From NCBI GenBank assembly GCA_963737065.1, contig CAVTRC010000001.1:1568001-1632000 (forward strand): a stretch of 64,000 nt of DNA. Reading direction: 5' to 3'. Origin of the DNA: Candidatus Eremiobacteria bacterium. Its GTDB lineage: Bacteria > Vulcanimicrobiota > Vulcanimicrobiia > Vulcanimicrobiales > Vulcanimicrobiaceae. This document shows positions 50,404 to 59,567 of this stretch, in pieces. Made by a program: the position numbers and the translations under genes. Each line of letters begins with the position of its first letter. Position 1 is the first letter of the stretch. The notes beneath the pieces were generated by a model. It did not search any database. It saw nothing but the letters and a program-made list of their open reading frames with translations, and had not been told where the DNA came from.

Positions 50404-51540
50404 GTGGCGGTCCTTGCGTTGGGCTCGGATGCTCGCCGGTACGTCAGGAATTTCAACTGGTCGCTCGCAGTTGCGTGCGTCGTCGTATCCGCGCTCGGAA
50501 TCCTTTGCATTCAGTCAGCGGACCTGCACGGCGGCGGTAGTGCGTTCGGCGAGTACAAGAAACAGATCATTTACGTGCTGATCGGCATCCCGCTGATGGC
50601 CGGATTTTCGTTCATCGATTATCGGAATTGGAAACGGTGGGCTCCGGGATTATACGTCATCAACATGGTGTTGCTCGCGTTTATTTTGCGCGGCGGCCAC
50701 TCGGCGCTCGGCGCGCAGCGATGGATTGCGGTCGGCTCGTTCTTCACCTTTCAGCCGTCGGAAGCAGCGAAGCTGATTCTCGCCATTTCGATTGCGGCGG
50801 TGCTGTGCAAGAGTACGTACGATCGCGTGCAAGATCTATGGAAACCGCTTCTCACCGCCGCTGTTCCGGCTTTGCTCATTCTCAAGCAGCCCGATCTCGG
50901 CACGTCGCTCGTCATCGGCGCAATTCTGAGCGCACAGCTCTTCTTCGGGTTGCCGAAACTCGGCGACTTTCTCATCTACGTCTTGGGCATCGTCATCGCC
51001 GGTGCGGCCGCGGTCGGCACGAACGCGATTCTGAAGCCGTTTCAAAGAGCGCGACTGCTGGTCTTCCTGAATCCGTCTTCCGACCCGCAAGGCGCCGGCT
51101 ACAACTTGAATCAGTCAAAAATCGCCGTCGGCAACGGTGAATGGTTGGGGCGTGGGTTGTATCACGGCACCCAAACGCAGCTGAACTTCGTGCCGGAACA
51201 CTCGCGCGATTTCATCTTCACGGTGCTTGCTGAGGAAATGGGTTTTCTTGGAGCAGGCTTGTTGATCGTGCTGTACGCGATCGTGCTCTACGGCGGAATC
51301 AAGACAATGATCGCCGCACGCGACCGCTTCGGCTTCCTGCTTGCCGCCGGTCTGGTATCGATGCTGTTCTTCCATGTCCTCGTGAACATCGGCATGACGA
51401 TCGGCATCATGCCGATCACCGGCATCCCGCTGCCATTCATGTCATACGGCGGATCGGCCGTCCTCACCGACTTCGCGGCCGTCGGCATGCTCTTGAACAT
51501 CTACTCGCAAAAAGACCGCGAAATTCTCGGCAACGCGTAA
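50404..51540 (+). CDS. rodA: Rod shape-determining SEDS protein RodA
   Basis: GAQRWI, FQPSE, KQPDLGT, DFIF..LAEE.G, TGIPLPFMSYGGS. Confidence 0.92.
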   Translation: MAVLALGSDARRYVRNFNWSLAVACVVVSALGILCIQSADLHGGGSAFGEYKKQIIYVLIGIPLMAGFSFIDYRNWKRWAPGLYVINMVLLAFILRGGHSALGAQRWIAVGSFFTFQPSEAAKLILAISIAAVLCKSTYDRVQDLWKPLLTAAVPALLILKQPDLGTSLVIGAILSAQLFFGLPKLGDFLIYVLGIVIAGAAAVGTNAILKPFQRARLLVFLNPSSDPQGAGYNLNQSKIAVGNGEWLGRGLYHGTQTQLNFVPEHSRDFIFTVLAEEMGFLGAGLLIVLYAIVLYGGIKTMIAARDRFGFLLAAGLVSMLFFHVLVNIGMTIGIMPITGIPLPFMSYGGSAVLTDFAAVGMLLNIYSQKDREILGNA

Positions 51541-51554
51541 GCCTGCACCGGCGC

Positions 51555-52160
51555 TCAGTCGTGGCGATACACGACGCCGCTGCGAGATGAGGCGAGGACG
51601 ATCCATCGCGGATCACTCTCGATCACGTTGCGTTGAGCGGGCGTATGGTAGAGCAGCCACGTTGTCCCCGGATTGCGCCGGAGCAGGATGGATCCAAGCG
51701 TCGCACGCATCGCCTCGCCATCAAACGGATTGTACATGAACACGGCGAGATCGCCCGGCGGATACGATGACGATCGTGCATCACCGCGCACGAGCCTCAC
51801 GTCGCGGCACGCGCGGCGACGGCGTTCCGCGCGTTCCAAATTCTCACGCGCAACTTCATAGAGGCCGGGTGAGAGCTCGATGCCGACGACTTGTTTGAAC
51901 GGATACTCCGCCGCAAGCAGTATCGCGCGCCCCATACCGGCGCCCACGTCGACGAACGTCGATGCGGCGATCGCTTGCGCCGGCAAAGCCGCGACCAGCG
52001 TTCGAAAATCAGCCGGCGGCACCGCTTCGTAGTGCGTCGCGTGCGCGCCCGCATCGCCTACATGCTCGGGATCGAGATCGGTCAGGAAAAGAATTGCTTG
52101 CGTCGTGACGCCGTAATCGTGATCGAAACGCCTGCCGGCGCTGCGTTCGGAATTCGGCAC
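51555..52160 (-). CDS. Class I SAM-dependent methyltransferase
   Basis: FD..YGVTT, HYEA, FVDVGAGMGRA, GIELS, GDA, FMYNPF. Start uncertain. Confidence 0.82.
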   Translation of the reverse strand: MPNSERSAGRRFDHDYGVTTQAILFLTDLDPEHVGDAGAHATHYEAVPPADFRTLVAALPAQAIAASTFVDVGAGMGRAILLAAEYPFKQVVGIELSPGLYEVARENLERAERRRRACRDVRLVRGDARSSSYPPGDLAVFMYNPFDGEAMRATLGSILLRRNPGTTWLLYHTPAQRNVIESDPRWIVLASSRSGVVYRHD

Positions 52161-52162
52161 GC

Positions 52163-53227
52163 GTGAAGCTTCCCTATCGGCTCGGTGACTCATTCGCATT
52201 GCCGCTAGGTAACGGCAAATGCGCGCGTGGCTCGATCGTGGCGTGCGAGCATCACGTCGTGGTCGTGCGAGTGCACCTGAACGAAGCGTCGTCGCTCGAC
52301 CTGCGCGTGAGCGATGATGCGCTCGTATTGTATCGGTGGAAAACGGACGGCCGCGGCGATTTGCGCGGTGCGGCGCCGGCCAATCCGCAGAACGAATACT
52401 GGATGCATGCGTCGCGCGCGGAACGCATCGCTGCTGCGGCGCTCGGGGTTGCCCATCCACGCGAACGGACGGTCAGAGTGCGCGAAATTCGCGACGGTAA
52501 CGCCGCCGCGGCACTTGCCGAACTCGATGACGATTGCACGCTCAGCTTAACGCAACGTGTATCGCACGCGACGATCGAACGCATACGCGCGGCGATCTTC
52601 GAGCATCCGGGTGTAACCGTTCGTTTCAACGGCAACGCGGCGCGGCACATCGCGCAATTCGCGCAAACGCCCTTGACGCGCGTTTCGCTCGCGGGCCGGC
52701 TCGAGCAGAATGCAAAGATTCTCTCGCTACGGCACCTCGATCTTGCGCAGGGCGATGGAATTGGTGACGTTGCTCGCAACTTTCCCAACGCCGAATCGCT
52801 TCGTATTGCGGGCGGCGATTGCCCGATTCGTTTGCGCGATCTGCGCGCCCTCGATAAACTTCGCGTGCTCGATCTATCCTTTCTCCACGTGACGCACGCC
52901 GGCGAATTTAATGCGCTGTCGCAACTCACGGCGCTCCGGCTGAACCGCGTAACCGGGATTCGCACGATGGAGCCGGTCGCCGAGCTGCCGCTACGCACGA
53001 TCGCGATTGCCGATCTGCCCGAACTCCAGCGGCTCGATGCTCTCGCGCGCGTCGAATCGCTCGAGCAACTCGAGGTGCGCGGGCTGTGGCAGTTCGAGAT
53101 AGCGGATCTTCAATGGACCTTGGATCGCGACCGGCTCGTGCGCGCGGAAATCGACATCGGAGGGCGGCGCAAGAATATCGAGTTGTATAGGCGATCGCAC
53201 TGGGCGTATCCGTGGAGGTTTCACTAG
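52163..53227 (+). CDS. Hypothetical protein with leucine-rich-repeat-like C-terminal half
   Basis: Repeated LxxLxL units (LRHLDL, LRVLDL, LTALRL, LEQLEV). Confidence 0.65.
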   Translation: MKLPYRLGDSFALPLGNGKCARGSIVACEHHVVVVRVHLNEASSLDLRVSDDALVLYRWKTDGRGDLRGAAPANPQNEYWMHASRAERIAAAALGVAHPRERTVRVREIRDGNAAAALAELDDDCTLSLTQRVSHATIERIRAAIFEHPGVTVRFNGNAARHIAQFAQTPLTRVSLAGRLEQNAKILSLRHLDLAQGDGIGDVARNFPNAESLRIAGGDCPIRLRDLRALDKLRVLDLSFLHVTHAGEFNALSQLTALRLNRVTGIRTMEPVAELPLRTIAIADLPELQRLDALARVESLEQLEVRGLWQFEIADLQWTLDRDRLVRAEIDIGGRRKNIELYRRSHWAYPWRFH

Positions 53228-53849
53228 CCTTTCTTGGTGAATTGCGCCGCTTCCACGAAGCGGTCGATTTCGTCGGTAGCATGCGGATCGGGATTGACGC
53301 ACACGAGACGCTGCATGTAGCGTCCTCGGGTTTTGCTTCACGCCGGGCAACGGCCGCGCGACCAGACGCAGTTCCGAGAACGGTGGTTGCACGCCGGCGC
53401 GCGAATGCAACACGCGATCGCTGATCAAACGCAGTCCGCCGGTGCCCACGTCAACCGCGACGCCTTCGAACGTTCCGGGCGTTGCGCCGATGCTGTATGT
53501 CACCGGAATGTTGACCTCTCGCCGGGCTGCGTTGAGTCAACGCCCGCTGCTCTTCGTGAATGAACCGCGCGAGTTCGTCGCGCGTCGTCTCCGGGAGAGC
53601 GTCGAATTCGACCGCGTAGCGGAAGGTTCGGTCGCCGGCGGGTGCCATGCCCGCGCGCGGAAGATCGAACTCGACGGCGATGTGCGGATCGAGCATCGTG
53701 CGCGCCTAAATTCGGCAGCCGCTCGCCGAGATGTCGACGAGCGTCGAAGGGATTGAAATTCTAACGCCCGGCACCCGTGCGTCGATGAGGAGGTACATCG
53801 GTTGGCGATAGAACGACCGCCCGTTCGAGGATGCCGGATCGACCGACAT
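53224..53849 (-). pseudogene. Degraded tandem PilZ-domain (c-di-GMP receptor) gene
   Basis: ATG 53849 gives RSFYR...DISASGCRI, then an in-frame TAG at 53708-53706. A second PilZ motif DVGTGGLRL lies in another frame and the C-terminus in a third; segments appear deleted. Confidence 0.75.
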
Positions 53850-53883
53850 AGGAAGGCCCTCCTGCTACAAAGCCCTAGCTTCC

Positions 53884-53988
53884 TTTGACCGAGCCGCGAC
53901 AATACCCCGCAGGTCCGGGGCCGGACGGCCAGGAAGAGCGGGGGCGTTTAAAAGGTTTTTTCGAGGGAGCGCTCCCGCCCGGGTCAAA
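53884..53988 (+). promoter_or_regulatory. Structured 5' leader upstream of rne
   Basis: Pairings TTTGACC/GGTCAAA, CCCCGC/GCGGGG, GTCCGG/CCGGAC and palindrome GGGAGCGCTCCC. Confidence 0.4.
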
Positions 53989-54021
53989 CCGCGGTGAGCC
54001 CCCTAGAGTTTTGAGGAAAAT

Positions 54022-56856
54022 TTGGCATCCGAGATTTTGATCTCGAGCGACCCGTGGGAGAACCGGGTTGCCGTACTTGAGGACGGCATACTCGCCGAAC
54101 TCTACATCGAGCGCGAAGAGAAAGTTATCGGCTCGATCTACAAAGGGAAAGTACAAAACGTGTTGCCCGGCATGGGCGCCGCGTTCGTCGACATCGGTTT
54201 AGGACGTAACGCGTTTCTGTACGTCGACGACATCAACAAGCAACCGCTGAATATCGGCGACGTTGAAATCACGCACGGGCACTCCGGCTTCACGATCAAT
54301 GAAAAAGTGAAAAAGGGTGACGACGTACTCGTGCAGATCGTCAAAGAGCCGCGCGGTCTCAAAGGCGCGCGGATTTCGACGAATATTTCACTGCCGGGTC
54401 GTTATTTGATCTTAATGCCGACCGGCAAATATTCCGGTGTGTCGCGCAAAATCGACTCGGCGGAAGAACGCAACCGGCTCAAGGCCGTCATGAAGCGCAT
54501 TCGCCCGGAAGGAATGGCGACCGTCGTACGCACCGCGGCGGCCGGCGTCAGCGAGGCGGAGCTGATTGCCGATCTCGGCGTGCTCATCCGCATGTGGCAC
54601 GGAATCCTCGAAACGTTCAAACGCGCGGCCTCACCATCCCTCTTGCATCGCGACATGAACCTCGTGTACAAAGCTGCACGCGACTTCATCACCGCCGACG
54701 TCGATAAAGTGTTGATCGACGACGAAGAAGAGTACCGCAAAGTTCGCGAGTTCCTTCAACTGCTCGGACCGCAGTATCTCGATCGCGTTCAGCACTACAA
54801 TCACGGGCGTAGTCTCTTCGACGATTACAAGATCACCGAAGAACTGCAGCGCCTGATGAAGCCGAAGATCAATCTGCCGTCCGGCGGATCGATCGTGATC
54901 GAATCGACCGAAGCGCTCACGGTTATCGACGTAAACTCCGGGAAGTTTACCGGGGGCCGCAATCTCGAAGACACGATCGTGAAAACGAACCTCGAGGCGG
55001 CATACGAGATCGCGCGCCAAGTGCGTTTGCGGGACATCGGCGGCATCATCGTTGTCGACTTTATCGACATGTCGACCGAGGCGTCGCGCAACAGAGTGAT
55101 CAAGGCACTCGAAGACGGGTTGCGCCGCGATCGTACGCGAGCGACGATTCAGTCGTTCTCGAATCTCGGACTTCTCGAGTTTACGCGCAAACGGGTCGGC
55201 AAGGATCTCGGATCGCAATTGCGCGGCACGTGCCCCACGTGCAGCGGCATGGGCAGCGTGATGTCGCCGCAGTCCGTCGCGATCGAAACGCTGCGCCAAG
55301 TGCGCAACGCCGGCGATCACAAGCACGATCACAAGCGGGTCGTTGCCAATGTCGCGCCCTCGGTTGCCGCGCAGATGGAGTTTTGGTACGAGGATGAAGT
55401 GCAAGAGCTGTCGCGCGAAATCGATTCCGCGATCCACGTGCGCGTCGATCCGATGCTGCATCCCGAGAAAGCGAGGATCGAACGCGTCGCAAACGTCGTG
55501 AACGGAGCGATCCGCGTCGGCGACGAGCACGAGGTCGAACTCATTGCCGGTCGTCTTCCGAATGCCGGGTCAGCAGCAGCCGTCGTAAACGGCCACATCG
55601 TCGAAGTTGAAAACGCGGCGAACAACGCGGGGAACACCGCGAAGATTCGCATTCTCGATATCGACGACGACAGCGACTACGTGCTCGCCGAACTCATGAG
55701 CGCCGGAGCGCGCGCCGAGAAGAAGAAACGGCGCCGCGGCGGCAAGGGCAAACGCGGGATGACGGCCGCTGAAGAGGCGCAACAACTGCGCGAGCTCGCG
55801 GAAGAAGCGGCGTCGCAACAACAATCGCGACCGCCGATCGGCATTACGACGGCGAGCGAAGAGGAAGAGGCGCAAGACCGCACGCTTGTCGCTGAAGAGA
55901 AAGGCGAAGCCCAACCGGACGCCATCATCATCGGAGACGAAGAACTCGCTGCGCGCGATGGCGACGGGCAGCGCGGGGGCAAGCGCAAGCGCCGTCGGCG
56001 CCGCCGCGGCGGACGCGGTCGCGGGGGCGAACGTTTTGATGCCGCCATGCAAGTCGGCATTACACCCCAAAGCGCCGCAGCGCAAGCCGAGTCCGAAGGA
56101 GACGAAGAGGACGCAGAGAGCGAGCCGGTCCATCCCGAGCGACCGCATGAAGGCCCGGTACAGGGCGATGAACGGGAAGGCCGCGGGCGCCGTCGCCGCC
56201 GGCGCCGTCGTCGTGGACGCAGTGGTGAAGCGGCGCCGAGCTCCGGCCAACATGACGGCCAGTCGCCACGCGATTTCGAACCGTTGACCGGATCGCTGCC
56301 GATGAATCCATCGGTTCCGGATCGTCACGTGTTTCGCGTCGATGCCGACGGTAAGGCGCACGGCACCGGAATGACGGCACCGAAGGAACCGTCGCGCGCG
56401 ATCGAGCCCGTACGCGACGCGCGTCCTCCCGCCGTTGAACCGCCGCCTCCGCATTTGAAAGCGCCGCACGAAGAGCCGCGTCCAACGAAACCTGCGCGCC
56501 GCCGTCGCAGCGCGGCGCCCGCAAGCGGCGTCGCGGGGAAACTGGAAACCTCACGTATCGCTGCGTTGCCGCCGCCCGCGCAAGCGGTCGAGAAACCGAA
56601 ACGTACGACGCGCAAGAAGCCAACGGAAACCGCTGCCGCTGCAACGGAAGAAAAACCAAAACGCACGCCCAAGAAAACAGCACCGGCGGATCCGGTTCGT
56701 CGTGAGGCGCCACCGAAGACGCCGTCTCCGCCCACGAGACGCGCGCCCGCGAAGAAAGCGCAAACAACCGGAGCTTCGGAGAGCGGCGTGAAGAAGAAAG
56801 CCTCGGCGCGTAAGAAGTCATCCGCCGCATCGACGCGCAAAAAGAAGACGTCGTAG
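54022..56856 (+). CDS. rne: Ribonuclease E/G with TRAM-like segment and long disordered C-terminal tail
   Basis: S1 domain IYKGKV..VLPGM.AAFVDIG, IDVNSG, DFIDM, Zn-link CPTC; GAGG RBS with TTG start. Confidence 0.93.
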   Translation: MASEILISSDPWENRVAVLEDGILAELYIEREEKVIGSIYKGKVQNVLPGMGAAFVDIGLGRNAFLYVDDINKQPLNIGDVEITHGHSGFTINEKVKKGDDVLVQIVKEPRGLKGARISTNISLPGRYLILMPTGKYSGVSRKIDSAEERNRLKAVMKRIRPEGMATVVRTAAAGVSEAELIADLGVLIRMWHGILETFKRAASPSLLHRDMNLVYKAARDFITADVDKVLIDDEEEYRKVREFLQLLGPQYLDRVQHYNHGRSLFDDYKITEELQRLMKPKINLPSGGSIVIESTEALTVIDVNSGKFTGGRNLEDTIVKTNLEAAYEIARQVRLRDIGGIIVVDFIDMSTEASRNRVIKALEDGLRRDRTRATIQSFSNLGLLEFTRKRVGKDLGSQLRGTCPTCSGMGSVMSPQSVAIETLRQVRNAGDHKHDHKRVVANVAPSVAAQMEFWYEDEVQELSREIDSAIHVRVDPMLHPEKARIERVANVVNGAIRVGDEHEVELIAGRLPNAGSAAAVVNGHIVEVENAANNAGNTAKIRILDIDDDSDYVLAELMSAGARAEKKKRRRGGKGKRGMTAAEEAQQLRELAEEAASQQQSRPPIGITTASEEEEAQDRTLVAEEKGEAQPDAIIIGDEELAARDGDGQRGGKRKRRRRRRGGRGRGGERFDAAMQVGITPQSAAAQAESEGDEEDAESEPVHPERPHEGPVQGDEREGRGRRRRRRRRRGRSGEAAPSSGQHDGQSPRDFEPLTGSLPMNPSVPDRHVFRVDADGKAHGTGMTAPKEPSRAIEPVRDARPPAVEPPPPHLKAPHEEPRPTKPARRRRSAAPASGVAGKLETSRIAALPPPAQAVEKPKRTTRKKPTETAAAATEEKPKRTPKKTAPADPVRREAPPKTPSPPTRRAPAKKAQTTGASESGVKKKASARKKSSAASTRKKKTS

Positions 56857-57476
56857 TCTTCGTCGACTACGACGGGACGATCACCGATCTCGATACCTTC
56901 GACGTGCTCGTGCGCACCTACGCGGGCGACGGGCTGTGGGAGGAACTCGAAGAGAAGCTCATCGCGCGCGCGATGACGCTTCGTGAAGTGCTTTGCGCGC
57001 AGGCCGCGCACATCGACGTCCCGCTCGATGAAGCCGATGCGCTGCTCGCGTCACGCACGCGGTTCGATCCGTCGTTTGCATCGTTCGTACGATTTTGCGA
57101 ACGGCGCGGTTACGAACTCATCGTGCTCTCCTCGGGCGTGCAACCGTTGATCGACCGCGCCTTCGAACGCAACGGGCTTGCGCGAGTTCGCGTGCTGGCA
57201 AACGACATCGCCGTCTCCGAACGCGGGTGGCGCTTTCGTTTTCGTGACGACTCGGATAACGGCCACGATAAAGCAGCCGCCGTACGTGCGGCAAACGGCG
57301 CCGGCAAGTCCACGATCTACGTGGGCGACGGTCCGTCCGATTTCGAAGCGGCCATTACCGCGCACGAACGGTATGCGAAGGCCGGACGAGGCCTCGAACG
57401 CTACCTAACCGAGCAAGCTATACCTTTCACGCCCTTCACACAATTCGCGGAAATCGAAGCAGCAATCAGCCGATGA
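56853..57476 (+). CDS. HAD-IB phosphatase (MtnX-like), no canonical start codon before motif I
   Basis: VVFVDYDGTIT (motif I), LSSG, DK, YVGDGPSD. Motif I lies upstream of the first GTG at 56904. Confidence 0.82.
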   Translation, partial: VVFVDYDGTITDLDTFDVLVRTYAGDGLWEELEEKLIARAMTLREVLCAQAAHIDVPLDEADALLASRTRFDPSFASFVRFCERRGYELIVLSSGVQPLIDRAFERNGLARVRVLANDIAVSERGWRFRFRDDSDNGHDKAAAVRAANGAGKSTIYVGDGPSDFEAAITAHERYAKAGRGLERYLTEQAIPFTPFTQFAEIEAAISR

Positions 57477-57500
57477 CTCCCTTGGGAGGCTTCATAGCTG

Positions 57501-59534
57501 ATGCGGATTTCGAGCGGGTTTATGATCGCGGCGGTCGCACTCTGTTCGTGCGGGGGCGGCGCTTCGTCGTCGCGGGTAGTTCCGAACGCTCCGGCGGGGA
57601 CGCTCACGCTCCCGGCGTCGAGCGGTATGTGGAGCGCTTCTCTCGGCCCGCGCAGCTCCACGAGCAGCGGCAAGCTCAACGCCATCGCATTCGATCCGCG
57701 CGATTCGTCGACCATCTATGTCGCGGGAGGAATCGGAACCGATGACGGGGTGACGACCGACACGGGCGTCTACAAGACGACCAACGGCGGCGCGTCCTGG
57801 AGCTCCGCGAATTCCGGTCTGCAGGACACGACGGTCAACTGGCTGATCTTCGATGCCACCGGGAGCGCATTGTATGCGGCGACGGAAAGCGGCGGCATCT
57901 TCCGCTCCACCGACGGCGCGCAGAGCTGGCAACAAGTGAGCGGGGCGCCGTCCGTGCGGCAAATCGTCGAAAGCAACGGCACGTTATATGCGGCGTCTGC
58001 GTCCGGTGTGCTCTCATCATCGAACGGATCGACGTGGAACGTGTTCGCGCAAACGGAAGCGGCAGCAAACGCGATCGACGTTTCGGGAAACGACATCTAC
58101 GTTGGCCTCGTCGATGGGTCCGTGCTGCACGTGACCGCTACGTCGCAACAGCGGTTGACCGATTTTCCGGCGCTGGATGCTCCGCCCGAAGTGCACGCGA
58201 TCGCCGTCGATCCCTCGAGCCCGAACTCGATCTACGCGACGATGGACGGCATGGTTACCGGCGTGTATACCGATGCGCTGATGCATTCGAACGACGGCGG
58301 CCGATCGTGGCAAGCAATCGCGATTCCACCGTCACTGCGCGGCGCGCAGGCGATCGCATTCAGCAGGACGGTTGCGCATCGGTTATTCGTCGCCGGAACC
58401 GGGCTTGCATATAGCGATGACGGCCGCACGCTGATCGCCGGCGGCGGATACGATGACGATGCGCGCACGCTGACCGTGCTCGGCGGCGACCGCTTAGCGA
58501 TCGCGTCCGATCAAGGCGTCGCACTGGGGACCTTCAACGGCTCGTTTACGCCGATCACCGCCGGATTGCCGGTCAACATCGTGCGCAGCGTGGCGGCGCA
58601 TGGCAGCACGGTGCTCGTTACGATGCAAGATTTTGCGCCCGCCCGTTCCACCGACGGCGGCGCAACCTGGGCGACGCTATCGGTGAACTCCACGGAGAAC
58701 GGAGACGCGTACATCAACCCCAGTCAGCCGAACCTGTGCTATATCCTCGACAACGGCATCAACGTGTCGAGCGACGGCTGCGCGTCGTTCATGCCGGAAT
58801 CGATCGGCGCGCACATCGCGAGCACGCAGCCGTTTGCGACCGATCCGAAATCCGCGCTCACGTACGTAATTACGGCGAACGGGGCGTATGTAGCGGCCGA
58901 CGGCGCGCATTTTCAGCCGGTGCATTGGAACGCACCGCAGCCGGTCGACGTGGCGATCGATCCGCGCAACGGCAGCAATATCTTCGTCTCGTCGGTGAAC
59001 GGCGGCGTGGCGGTGTGGCATTCGAGCAACGGCGGAAAGAGTTGGACGCGCAGCAATACGTTCGTCCCGCCCGGCCCCTCGTATCCCAATGACGCGCCGG
59101 TCATTGCGGTCGATCCATCGAACGGAACGGTCGTCGCCGTGACGGAAACCGCAGTTTATCGATCGACCGACGGCGGTGCGACGTTCGCCGCCGTGCAGCA
59201 AACGGAAGGGCAACTGCGCGGGCGCGGCTCGATGCATCAAGCGCGACGAATCGATCCCGATTCACGCGAGCGCGAAGCCGAAACGGCCGGATACAACATC
59301 GGCGAACACGCGCAGTTCGTCTCAACGGGATCGGGTGCGATGCTCGTGATCGACAACGAGACGGGAATGTACGGCTCAACCGACGACGGCACGACGCTCC
59401 ACACGCTGCGAGGAAATGCGATTTCCCACACCTTCGAGGGCTTCACCGCCGATGCCAACGGCAATCTCTGCAGCGGCACCGACGGCGAAGGCGTCATCTG
59501 CGCACCGCTGTCGAGCCTAGTCTCGCAGATCTAG
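57501..59534 (+). CDS. Lipoprotein with BNR/Asp-box beta-propeller repeats (sialidase/VPS10-like)
   Basis: Lipobox-like ALCSC; repeated S/TxD/NGGxS/TW motifs. Confidence 0.8.
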   Translation: MRISSGFMIAAVALCSCGGGASSSRVVPNAPAGTLTLPASSGMWSASLGPRSSTSSGKLNAIAFDPRDSSTIYVAGGIGTDDGVTTDTGVYKTTNGGASWSSANSGLQDTTVNWLIFDATGSALYAATESGGIFRSTDGAQSWQQVSGAPSVRQIVESNGTLYAASASGVLSSSNGSTWNVFAQTEAAANAIDVSGNDIYVGLVDGSVLHVTATSQQRLTDFPALDAPPEVHAIAVDPSSPNSIYATMDGMVTGVYTDALMHSNDGGRSWQAIAIPPSLRGAQAIAFSRTVAHRLFVAGTGLAYSDDGRTLIAGGGYDDDARTLTVLGGDRLAIASDQGVALGTFNGSFTPITAGLPVNIVRSVAAHGSTVLVTMQDFAPARSTDGGATWATLSVNSTENGDAYINPSQPNLCYILDNGINVSSDGCASFMPESIGAHIASTQPFATDPKSALTYVITANGAYVAADGAHFQPVHWNAPQPVDVAIDPRNGSNIFVSSVNGGVAVWHSSNGGKSWTRSNTFVPPGPSYPNDAPVIAVDPSNGTVVAVTETAVYRSTDGGATFAAVQQTEGQLRGRGSMHQARRIDPDSREREAETAGYNIGEHAQFVSTGSGAMLVIDNETGMYGSTDDGTTLHTLRGNAISHTFEGFTADANGNLCSGTDGEGVICAPLSSLVSQI

Positions 59535-59567
59535 ACTTCGCCGTCAGCAGCGTTCACGATAGCGCGG

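Noticed and set aside
53706..53708. In-frame TAG as pyrrolysine or stop recoding
   Set aside because: The gene also has frameshifts and deletions, and TAG terminates other genes normally (e.g. rne).
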